DNA of 64,000 nt from Trichoplax adhaerens. Lineage: Eukaryota; Animalia; Placozoa. Position numbers and translations under genes: made by a program. Position 1 is the first letter of the stretch. Every line of letters starts with the position of its first letter. The stretch is from assembly GCF_000150275.1 (NCBI RefSeq), contig NW_002060944.1, positions 3,972,123-4,036,122 on the forward strand, read 5' to 3'. Under the pieces are notes generated by a model, which saw only the letters and a list, made by a program, of their open reading frames with translations, searched no databases and was not told the origin of the DNA. Positions 52,271 through 64,000 of this stretch are shown here, one piece after another.

Positions 52271-55200
52271 TTAACTTTTACTACCAAAGCACCAAATTGT
52301 CAATCTGCCTTCACGTTTTACCTTCCCGGAGTTTAGAATTTGATTATAAGTATCGCTGCTATCTATGCATACAGGGATTTCATCTTGCTTGGTCCTTTGA
52401 AGAGTTGTAAAGCAAAATAATTGCATTAACACATTCAAGATTGGTTCACAAGCTCTAATAATGATGCATATGCAAAGTGATTACCATAACGAAATAATTT
52501 GTCCCACCGGTGGCTCAAAAGACCCTCTGATTAGCTCTTTTAACTCATCTACTCTAATGCTTGTCTTTATTCTAAATGCACGCGTATATGTGCAATGTAT
52601 CTTGACGATCACATAACTCTAATAAACGGAATTATCGGAATATAAATGCGTTAGAGAAATTTTATAAATCAGGTATTAATTTCATATACGATGAATATTC
52701 GCTTTCTTTTGTGTGAGAATACTATACTTTTAAGAATAGAGTAACATTAATAATAAATTATAAAGATTACGATAACATCCTCTATCCTCAACAGGTGTAT
52801 TTTTTAATTCTCAGAGCATTGCATACCTTTTCACTAGCAGAAAGAGCTTTGGCATCTGCTGAGAAATTAACATTTTGATCGGGAATATTCTTAGTTATAA
52901 TAGGTGGGATACGCGGTGTTGTTCTCTTAGGTGGAGGTACTTTGGGAGGAGGAGGTCGACTTGGGTTAACTTGTGACGACGACGACGAAGAAGCAACGAT
53001 GGAAGCGGTAGCTCTACTAGCAGAGTTTGCTAAGCTTCGAACGGAAGATTCTATTTTGCTTGAAGATGTCGTATTTTTATTCGATTTAGGTGGACAAGAA
53101 GGTGGCGGGGGACGTTTTGGTGTTTTTTTATCCGGACCATTAACATCATCAGTACGCATGATACGAGGAGGTCGATTAGGGGGTGGAGGCCTAGCGGGAA
53201 CTGGTGATTTCGTAGCAGGTGAAGGGACAGGTGATGCAGTGGGTGAATTCTTGGCACTTTTAGAGCCTTTCTTACTTGCCGGAGGCTTGTAAATAGGTGG
53301 AGGAGGTCTGCCGGGCAACTTTGCAGAAGGCGAAAATGAAGCTGACAAATTCTTACAATCTAAAGGATTCTAATTCACAATAAAATTTCTTCTCACTACA
53401 ATTATATGACTGCCATTGACCGTTATCTATTAACTCGTAATGAACGGTAAATCCAATACCTGTGAATTTGGGCTAGATGGAGATTCTGGTAGATCATAAA
53501 TTTTAACAGATGTAACTACCTATAAAATGTCACGCAGTAAAGCATTGAAATAATATTTAAATATATTGCAAGAAAGTTACAAATTGCTACTGACTTACTT
53601 TTGCCTTTCCTAGAAAATCCAGCCTTTTATCTAGTTGAGAAGTTTTATAGACAGGAGGCTTAAAGACTTGCATTTCAGTTGGATAACATAAAGATTTACT
53701 GGGCAATGAACCATTCTATTATGTTAAGCGCGATAGTAGTAAGATTAGTTTATTGCTAATAAAATGATACCATATGCGATCAAATCAAGAATTACCTGCA
53801 GTTTCTCTAAAGCGTCCTGGACAAACTTTAGTTGCTTAGCATTAACCGTATATTCTTTTGCACATTCTAACATTTCTTTTGCATCATCCTTCATATTAAG
53901 CATGCTTTCTACTACAGCAATATTATACAGTACCTGCAAAATAATCATTTAACGTTATGGATTAACAAGTAGTGAGTGATTAAGCCAAAAAAAATGAAGT
54001 CACCATCTATATAAGAAATTGAATTGCAAAACTACTGTATCATACGCGTAGCCGAGAAATGGATTATATGATGACTATCAGCTAGTATGTAGAGTTTTAT
54101 TAGTTATTGCTACATGTAAGTACCACAAAGAGGAGTGTCATACCTGGTAGCACCATAACTTGTAAGGCATTCCTATTTGTTTATAATCGATAAATGAATT
54201 GCTTCGCAAGCATTGAACAACTTGGTTAAAGTTACGGAGGGATTCTTCTAAACTGTTGTGTAGGCATAATTGTAGTTTTGTTTATACATAGCAAGATCAA
54301 TGAATAGTGTTAGCTTAACCGTTGGATTATTATATCACAATGATGTATTTTAATACTGTATCATTTCAGCAGAATTTTAATCCTGTTAAACTAGAACATA
54401 TATGTAAGTCTTGTAAATATTGACATCCCGCATACGCGTAGATTGATAAGTTTCTATCAGATATGATACATACACACACGTTTGTATAACTAACCATTTG
54501 ATTTATTAGCTAGCAGTTGCATTAGCAAGCCTATCATCAATGCATAATTAAAGTGAAAATTAATCCAGTCGTATTGTAACATACGTGTATATCGTTGCTA
54601 CTACTGTATGAGTATATAAGTCTTGTAAATTGTAACAATCTGAATAAATGAACATGTTTTTCTCGAATGATATATTACTGATATGATTTGATTTAGTAGC
54701 TAGCATTTGTACTGTAGCAAGCTCTTTTCAGATGTACTACGTTATTTGCTCGTTCTTTGGACCTATACTTTCAGTGATGATATGAAATTAAAGCAATTTA
54801 AGAAAATCCAAACTACTGTAGTGTTTACATGCACCTGTTCTGAGTACAACATGTTAAAAGTACTTATGATTGTATGCAAGGTGATTTGACAATTACTCTA
54901 GAGATAACATAGGTGATAGGCGTACGATTTGGGAAAACAATGTTATACGCGTGTAGTACTAACTTGTCTTGTAAAGCGTGCAAGATTCCAAGTTGCAAAT
55001 AGGCCACAGCAAAATATTGATCTCTTTCCACGCTATATGTGAGAACCTATAGCAGATGATAAAAGGTATTAATGTTGACAATTTTTGACAAAAATGCATG
55101 ATTCACTGACATGCAGTAAGCGTATATGGCTATCTTATAATACACTGTAGTAAACTTTTATTTGGAATCATATCAATGAACTGCAAAAAACGAAAGTAAT

Positions 55201-55562
55201 TTATCACTCAGAGTGTGATTATTCGTGGCTCATCGATTCAAGTAAAAGTGAACACTTGCACTCTACTGTATGATGCAGTCCATTCAATCAGTCGAAACTA
55301 TCTTATCATCGTGAGCGGAAGTAAGACAAACTGTTGCATGACAGCCCAAGCAAAAACTGTTCACATTCCATCATGTTTTCTCTCCTACTTTGATCGCTTC
55401 AGAATAATTGCCAGTAGACCAAAACGCCATTGCAATATCATACCAAATCTTGGCTAATGGGGTAGTAATTTTATGGTAAAAGTCCAACGCTGCATCAACA
55501 TTGCCTTGCTCGAATTGAATGATCGCCTCATGCCAATGTCTAATATCCAAAGCAGATGTCAT
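52271..55562 (-). CDS. NADPH oxidase activator of the p67phox(NCF2)/NOXA1/NoxR family: TPR, activation domain, Pro-rich region, PB1; 9 exons
   Basis: Approximate exons: 55562-55389, 55046-54964, 54252-54144, 53933-53796, 53715-53599, 53519-53460, 53359-52827, 52618-52485, 52394-52271. Motifs DQYFAVAYLQLG, LRSNSFIDYKQIG, VLYNIA, activation domain LDFLGKAKVV, and PB1 VKIHCTYT...RLTIWC. Confidence 0.9.
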
Positions 55563-56089
55563 GGTATCAATAATAATAGCTCACAATCAGCGAAGAATCA
55601 TGGATCAACATGGTTGCTTATGTCGACATTTTAACAGCCTCTCTGTTGGCTTGATGGCGGCTACTTTAACTCCATCCAGGATTGTTTGCAAATCCAGTCT
55701 CAAGGGTTAAGCTTTCAAGTTTTGGCGATGACACCGGTACGGTACAGCGCAAGTCCAGTAGCAGATGACTACGGTTCATACTGGTGGCACAGCCATGGAC
55801 AGCTAGACACCTGGACAGTTTCGTATGAACTATTGTACTGTAGAAAAGTGAATCCTGTCGTGCACAAAATACTGTATAAAGCTGCCGAAATTTTTGAATT
55901 TTGGGTTCATTTAGAATCTACTGCTCACTACTCAGTGTGTACACTACATTATATGCTTTTATGATTCTGTATGAGCATGATTGCTATTCATTCAATCTGA
56001 TTACGCCAAGTGATTTCGTTCTACTGCAGGACTGTATACTGTGCTATACACTGTATACAGTATACTGTTCAGTACAGTACTGTATCTCT

Positions 56090-56640
56090 ATATTGACAGT
56101 ACTATACTTACAGTACAGGTGGCAGTCCGCAGTCCAGTCCAGTACAGTACGCACTGTACTGGACAGACAGACATAGGAGACTGGGAGAAGGTCAAGCAAC
56201 CATGAATGATCACATGATCGTCCTGGCTCAAAACGTACTGTACACTGTACTGTAGGGTACAGTAGTAAGTACCAATTGATTTCGTTCTACAGTACAGTAC
56301 AGTACAGTACAGTACTGTACAGTACAAGTGGTAGTCCACAGTCCAGCACTGTCCAGTACGCACTGTACTGGACAGACAGATATAGGAGACAGGGATACGT
56401 ATACTGTACAGTACAGTACAGTGCTGTATCTTGACAGTACTTTACAGTACAGTACTATACTGTACTGTACTTACAGTACTGTACAAGTGGTAGTCCACAG
56501 TCCAGTCCTGCACAGTACGCACTGTACAGTACTGGACAGGCAGATACAGGACACAGGGAGAACGTCAAGCAACCATGAATGATCACATGATCGTCCTGGC
56601 TCAAAACGTACTGTACACTGCAGAGTACAGTAGTAAGTAT
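56090..56640. repeat. Nested duplications and (TACAG)n microsatellite between the divergent NOX activator and PNPLA6/7 genes
   Basis: GTCAAGCAACCATGAATGATCACATGATCGTCCTGGCTCAAAACGTACTGTACACTG at ~56191 and ~56564. CAGTACGCACTGTAC occurs three times. (TACAG)5 at 56288. Confidence 0.9.
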
Positions 56641-56839
56641 CGTAGTACTACAGTACAGTATACTGTACTCGACTGGACTGTAGACGCTGTGATTGGATTG
56701 CATGTTGTTGTTATTCGTGGTGAAACTCCCCAACTCCCCCCCCCCCATTGCCTTGATGTCAAGATGAATGGTGGAAGCCTTTAATGTTGCTGTCCAATCT
56801 AATTCAAGTACTCGTATTAGCCTTAGGGAAAGACCAACT

Positions 56840-59800
56840 ATGGCCGACGAAAACTCAATCGATGACAGTTTGTGGTTAATCTCTTATGATTTGAGTGATT
56901 TAATTGAAAGATTTTACGCCTCTTTGGTAAGTACGAGTGTAGTAGGTGAATTGGCCCTATTTTGCCCATACAGTACTGTACGGCGTGTACGCGGACGCAA
57001 TTTGCCATGAGATTGGTCAAAGTTTGCGACCGGATATTCCATAGTTAGTCAATGCTCCCGATAGTACAGTGTCCCGATTAGGCAGCAATATAGCCTTCCT
57101 TGAGAAAGAGAATGGTTCTTGCTTGAATGGAGATGTTGATTATCCTTGTATTATGGCCAATTTTACTCCACTACACTCATCTTTTTCTATCGAATAATAG
57201 CAAGCTGCCAAGATCTGACGTAATACGTTGTACTGTTGACCAGATCGTCGACATAATCGAGCAATGCATGCTGTTTAAAATTTCAATCTTGATGAGTTAA
57301 ACGAGTCATGCTGTCTTGAACAAGTAGTTTACAGATACATTACATGAATAACGAATATTCCTGTCTATCTTGTTACTACAAGAACACAGACATACGCATG
57401 CTGTACATACCCACTACACCAACAGCAAGGTTGCTAAGAATGATCATGAATGGAATAGACTCCAGTGCTATTTTGACCTACTGTACAGTATATATATACA
57501 ATTTGCCATAACTGCGAAATCAAATAGTCATCGTTGGACAGGAATCAGCCAGTTGAGAAATTTCCACCCATTGCAATATTACAGCAATGTGATAAACAGG
57601 TTGATGAAACTATCCATATATTACTAATACACTACTCTACTAGATGCAAGTACAGTCATCACATACTTTAAAGATTGTTACCTATCCCAATAAAACATTA
57701 TTGTAAATGAATTGATGAATCGAACGTTTAACTTGAAACGAAACTTGCTTGTTGTAAATTGCTTTCCATCAATCTGTGTCATTTTTAGCTGTTGTATGGG
57801 CCTGTATCGAACTGATATCAGCGTAATGGAACTTGTTCCACTTACTGTGATTGATCAATTCTTTACATCCTTATAGTATACAGTATGTATACAGACAGAC
57901 AATTGCTGTTTTATAATTGCCTTCTTACAAATGAACTACAAAGAACCCTTAAATTACTTCTAGCACCAGACCAAATCACGCAGACTAGAAATGGATTAAT
58001 AAAACGGAAATCATTTTAATATCAGGCTTAAATCACTTCATGCCTTTGTACTGATTTCAACTTTTAAACGAATCATTTTCAGCCATTGGTTGTTGTTTAC
58101 CTCGTAGTCCTATCATTGTACAAGTTATTCAACTATTGGCGCTCTGGAAAATTTCAAAATCTAGGTACAGTAGATCATTGTTACATTGTTATAAGATGGT
58201 TATACAAATAGTTTCATCTACTGTACTGATAGTAAACTATTAGTTTAGTGTGAAGAAAGTGAACGCAGTAAGTAAAATATTTTAAAAATGGATAAAGTAA
58301 GACCATAGTAAGGATGGAATATTATTCCAACTGACGTAGATCTCAGATTTTCTACAGTAGATATGTCCTTGGTTATAACTATCACTTCTTTGCGTGTTGC
58401 ATAATTAGTAATATTATTTCAAAATTAATAAACATGACTAATGGTAATTACACATTCATTTCTTTAGGTTTTGAATATGAGCATGAAAGCATTCCGAAAC
58501 CTCGCTTTCGGAAGCGAGATAAAGTTATGTTTTACGGGAGGAAAATGTTAAGAACGGTAAGATTAAAACTTCATTTGGAATCTAGTATGCTCGTTTAGTT
58601 GGCATTTTAATAGTATTCAGTTAAAACACTGTACTATACAATGTACATACAGTACAGCAATTATTATAATATGTAACTTTATACACTACAATATACTACG
58701 CTCTGAAAATTCTAACACGATACTATTTTAGTAACACGGAGATATAGTACTGTGAATGCAGTACTATATTGCAAGGCTAAGTACCCTTTCCTGTACTATA
58801 TAACGAATAAAGTAACACCTATCGTTTGTGCTCAATGTTAACATTTAGCACGTTTGCAAATACTGAACTACTTAGTAATAGTCTACGAAGATAAATCAGT
58901 AGGCTAAATTAATTACGGCGTAATGTAAAACAAAGTTACCTGTCTAATGATACAGTATTGCTAAATCGCTTATGCTCAAGGTTGGCATCGAATACGTTAT
59001 TGACTCCTGGACTATTTGGTGATAGCCTGTAGGAGATAATTTGGCACTATATGAATGATGCTATATAGTCATAGATTGAGAATTGTACACCACAACTAGC
59101 ATATATTAATCATTCATTATTCGTTAGATATGATGTGCTATATAATGTAATATTGCGTTTATTATAATTTTAGCAATAATTAGAATTTCTGATTACATCT
59201 TACTTTATTTACACCAACAGCATTCAGCTTTTTCCTACAGTAGATCATGTTAATTAATCAAGTCATACAAATTAATTTTAAGAGATTTCAAATTCTTGTA
59301 ACGTAAATATCGTATGCAGGTACAAATGTTAATAAGACTGTCCTTCTTTTTAATTAAAAAATGTTGATCATGTTCGATAGGTTAAACAGATTTCCTCCGC
59401 ACGCAATTCCTTGAAGAAAAAGCACAAATCTAATAATGATAATTTAGCAAGGAAGTACGTCAATCATAATTACAAATTATGCCTTTATTCCGTATTGTAT
59501 CTCTTGTAATATCCCCTTGCAATAGGCCGATATAAAAACTTTTAAGTTTCACCTCTAATGAACATTGTGACTGATAATTCTTACTTTTGTAGTATCTGAC
59601 CAAATATCAGTTCACAAATTTCTTTACGTTGATACGAAACCACATAATTAAGAGATAGCGTACGAATTTTGATGCTTTTTACTATGCGTATAGTGTTTGC
59701 TTTCAGTAAAGCAGTACCTAAATCTATCAAATTCAATTTATGCCTACAAGATTACAATTTTTCGCAAACGTATATCGTGATAATGTAGCGTAAATTGAAG

Positions 59801-62800
59801 TCCCCAATATATTTACGCTTTACTGTATAAATTCATATAGCTTAGGCGAATACACTCAGGTATTATGTAATATACTATGCATTGCATCAATTAACAGATT
59901 ATTGATGCTGTTTGACGATGAGGTTGAAAGATTGAAAAAAGAGCCGCCTCCATCTGTTGTTGAAGCTGACTGGGCTGAGGTAGATTAATCGTGAAATATG
60001 TATTTTATCAATCAGTATTGTTATTGCTGGTATTGATGCCTTCTATTGGTATATTTATTATGCTATGAGCCATATTGAAATCAATAACCTTATGAATTGA
60101 ATTAGTGGATTTTTAGTTAGTAAATTACAATAGAGATATTAGATAATCTCGATGTCTATTTGAACTATGCTAGCCTGATCAGCACAGTGCACCTTTCCCG
60201 GCCGAGGTTCTATACATGTTAAGAAATGTTAGGTAATGTCTCGTTCATATTACAGTACTTGGTCAAGACAATGCCACTTTTTGCATACTTATAGTATAAT
60301 AAAATCTTATACGTCATCATGAATAGAATTTACTAAGCTTTGCAAAGCTTTTAGGATATTGAACTATAACCTATTTTCGGTTAACAGAGTATTTGGACAC
60401 TTTGAAGAACCATTATTTATCGAGCTTTGCAAACACATAGAAACGAAGCATGTGCCAGCCAATGCGAATCTATTTTATCCTGGAGATGTTAGTCATTTAA
60501 TGCGTTAATTTAGCCTAATGCTAAATATTACATACATACATAAAGGTCCAGTAGGTGTCTAGCATATTGTCCTACTGTAGATTATGGCATAAATAGTATA
60601 GCATTACAATTTTTTCAATTTTATGCCCCTCTTATAACATCTTTCTCTATTTGTTCCGGTATAAATTTCCATGTTTAGCCTGACGATAGTATTTACGTAG
60701 TACAGAGCGGACACATTTCTGTCTATGTAACAGAAAAGGTTAGTACCTAAATAAATTAGATGATAAATTAATATAATAAAAAATTCATACATGCGAGAGA
60801 TGAAGCGCAACATTAAACTCTAGTTCCGTGTGCATTCTTTGTTTCAGGATGGAACTCGATTACCGTTGAAAGAAGTTAAAAATGGCGATAGCATACAAAG
60901 TTTACTAAGTGTTTTAGACGTTATAACGGTAGGTCAAGAAAAGAAATTTGTAAATTTTATCAAATTCTAAAAAATTTTAACTTTAGTAACTCTTTATTTG
61001 TACTACAATTGCCTTTGTAATTATTGTTAGGGATATCCACATCCTTTTTATACCGTTACAGCTAAAGCTGTGGAAGACTCGATTATACTCAGGTAGATGA
61101 AAAGTAATACCATCAGCTTTTTTCTGCCCATCAAATATTTCTCATTTACTCATTGATATTATGAATATTGTAATCTCAATATACAGTACAATATAATTCA
61201 GTAACAATTAGTCTACCTATTAGTATATGGCACAATGTTTATTTATCTATTTGAATATGAATTATTGTGTAAGCTTTGTTATACTAAAGTATAGATTGAA
61301 TTATTCAGGTTACCTTGTAGAGCATTTCAGGACTTATTCCGTGAATACCCTGAATTTATGATGCGAATCGTTCAAGTAAGAGTTTAATAGCCAACAGTAA
61401 GCTGACTTTCGATCGGTTTATTATAAAAAATTTAATAGGAATCGACCTTCTATCTATCTTTATAGGTCATAATGGTGAGAATACAACGTGTTACATTTTT
61501 AGCGCTGCATAATTACTTAGGTCTTGGAAATGAATTAATCACGCAGGTGAGACAATTTTCGAATTTCTTGTTTAGTCGATGGTCATTGATCATTGAAACT
61601 GGTAATCGCATATTTCAATGTAACTTAACATTGTATCAATTGTAAGGCTATTGACGAACGTCGGGTTGACAGTGAAACTTCTTTGACTGAATCAGAAATT
61701 CGAAATAACAATTATAGAGAGTCAGGTAATAATAATAAACACAATATTTCCTCAAGAAATGGAAGGCAGAACTCTTCTGATACTCCGAGATATGAAAGTC
61801 AGACTAATAAAAGTGAGATACCTGCTTCGAAAAATGAAACTTGGAATCCCGATCAAAATAACGTTACTGACGGAGAAAAATTAGCACGTAGTAATAGAGT
61901 TGGGTATCTGAAATTTAAAGCTCTAAGTTCAAGGCAACGACTAAAATCATCAGAAGGGTTTAAACTGGAACCCCTTCCGACTCGAGAGCCGATCGCTGAC
62001 TGTGCTAGTGATGTTGAGCATGTTGATAGTGAAACACTTAGAAGAAGGCACGCACGTCGGACAAAATCAGTTGGTGATGACAATGTCAATGGCTCTGTTG
62101 ACTCTATTATAGACGACATAATTGAAAGTTGTAAAACTGCATCTAAGAAACAAGATGCAAATATTAGTGGTAGAAAGAAAAATGAGGAACGTATCAACTT
62201 TGTTGTCAGTGAATGCCCAAATGATGATAGAGAGAGCGTCAATAGTTCATGCGATGACTTTGGTCGCCGAAGCTCTCGACAGCTCGAGTCATGTACACCA
62301 AGTAGCGGTAGAGATACCGATATGGAAGATGATGATACTTCACAATTTAGCCAAAGATCTCAAACAGAAATGTCGGAGGATGATGAATTACTTCGATCTG
62401 TCTCTGATGGTGTTAGCAATGTTCTTGGTTTACAGGTTACTTTCAAGGATTTTAATAATTAATATACCTTTCTTGATTAATTTATACATTTGATTTGATC
62501 GTTTGAAATATGCTATAGAGCCCCGCTCCACTGCAAGATCGCCTTGCCCTAGCTCAAATACCGGCGGGGACGATACTAACCAAAGAAGGAGATATTGTAT
62601 GTTACATATTGTTTATAACTGTTATTATGATACACCTTCAGCATAGAACAGTTACTCTGAGTGATTTTATTAACTTGCAATCTTATTTTTAAATTAGAAT
62701 TGTAGCTTGTATTATGTAGTAAGTGGTTCACTGCAAATTAGCCAAAGAGATGTCAACAAATCTTATGAGGTGCAATGATTAAAGCAATTAAATTCATATT

Positions 62801-64000
62801 TCCTTTCTATGAGACTTTGAATTGCGTTCTAATTTATATCATGTACGTATGTTGGACTCGCTGCAATTAGTGTACCTTATTCCACGCGGTTCCTGGGGAA
62901 CTAGTTGGAAGCCTGGAGATGTTGACCGGTGAACCATCTCTGTTTAGCATCCGCGCGCCACATGAGTGCAAAGTTATAATAATAACAAAGTCTAATTTTT
63001 TCAGGTCAATTTCTTAAAAATTAGATTTTTGTTAATGATACATATTTGAAAACAACAGTCTGCTTTGATCTTTCAGTCTGATGAAAGAAACTCCGTCGGT
63101 GGTATTGAATGTAGCACACTCTTTGGTAAGGAGGATGTCTCCATTTTCTCGTCAGGCAGACTTTGGAATTGATTGGATGTTTGTTGAAGCAGGACGTGCT
63201 CTATATAGGTCAAAAATTTATCCTATATCTTGGAAGCTCAAACTATCCTATATGTGACGGTAGAAATATTGTTGACAATTTTTTAATATGAATGACGTGA
63301 TTTAACAGACCAGGAGAACCTTCTGAAAATATCTACATTGTTGTAAGCGGACGGTTGCGTGAAGTTCTTACTGGAAAAGATGGTAAAAAGGAAATAATAG
63401 GCGAACACGGTCGTGGCGAACTTGTTGGTGTGGTAAGCAATACTAATTATCCCTTAACTCTTAATAGCCTCTACCTCTAATTGTATTTTTTGCATTATTT
63501 ATTTAATCTGGTAGGTAGAGGTTATGACCAAAAGTCAAAGAGCTACTACAGTTTTGGCTGTCAGGTGATTATCAAAGTAAGTGGATTTGTAATCTTAGAA
63601 AGTGACTGATTTTGATGTTCATTTTTATAGAGACACGGAAGTAGCCAAAATTCCATCTGGGCTACTTGAAACTATTAAGGTGAAATTTCCTCAAGTTGTC
63701 ACACGCTTAATACATTTGCTAGGAGAACGTTTGATTGGTAGTTATCAACAGCGTACCAATTTAGCAAGTGGGTTATCATCGACTCTATAGTTCGAAATAA
63801 TTCTGCACGAATTTATTTAATAAACTGAGTATCTTTACTTTCAGCTAAACCAATAGGTGAAAATCACGCAGTCACTAGCAATCTATCAGCAGTTGCTATA
63901 ATACCAACCGATACCACCGTTCCGCTTACAAATTTTACATTGGAGCTAGCGAGCGCCTTAAATACAATATGTAAATATTTTTGATTACTTTGATTTTGCA
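56840..64000 (+). CDS. PNPLA6: Neuropathy target esterase / swiss cheese (PNPLA6/7), 5' part: TM segment and cNMP-binding domains; patatin domain lies beyond the window
   Basis: Exon 1 56840 (or 56768)-56926, TM exon 58083-58164, then [77 protein letters not shown] and [20 protein letters not shown]6 versus PNPLA7 cannot be resolved. Confidence 0.95.

Noticed and set aside
52942-53292. Gly-rich 116-aa + strand ORF (also 45629-46012, 61853-62242, 35188-35773)
   Set aside because: Antisense shadows of real coding exons.
55686-56784. Several Tyr/Cys/Thr/Val-rich ORFs on both strands
   Set aside because: Translations of TACAG/CTGTA low-complexity repeats.
57480-57500. CTGT/ACAG words resembling a bacterial LexA SOS box
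   Set aside because: Eukaryotic intron, the spacing does not match, and the word is abundant throughout the window.

Overview
AT-rich, intron-dense eukaryotic DNA with short introns and tightly packed genes. The gene set and style suggest an early-branching animal, most likely a placozoan such as Trichoplax; this is an inference. Manual exon joining supports 11 protein-coding genes: STPG3-like (-), M16/C05D11.1-like zinc metallopeptidase (-), NEK6/7 (+), COG7 (-), EXOSC2/RRP4 (+), an unrecognised ~480-aa protein (-), PFDN6 (+), THOC3 (-), a single-C2 SYT14/16-like membrane protein (-), a p67phox/NOXA1-type NADPH oxidase activator lacking SH3 domains (-), and PNPLA6/7 (NTE/sws, +, runs off the window end). 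Many of these genes have human homologues on the MHC paralogon, especially 9q33-34. The 5' flanks of seven gene starts or divergent pairs carry clusters of TACAG/CTGTA palindromic words and GC-richer patches, and most also carry unrelated young tandem duplications. A shared 17-19 bp inverted repeat brackets a ~4 kb repeat cluster. One U12-type intron and two probable GC-AG introns are visible. No rRNA, tRNA, CRISPR array or transposase was recognised.
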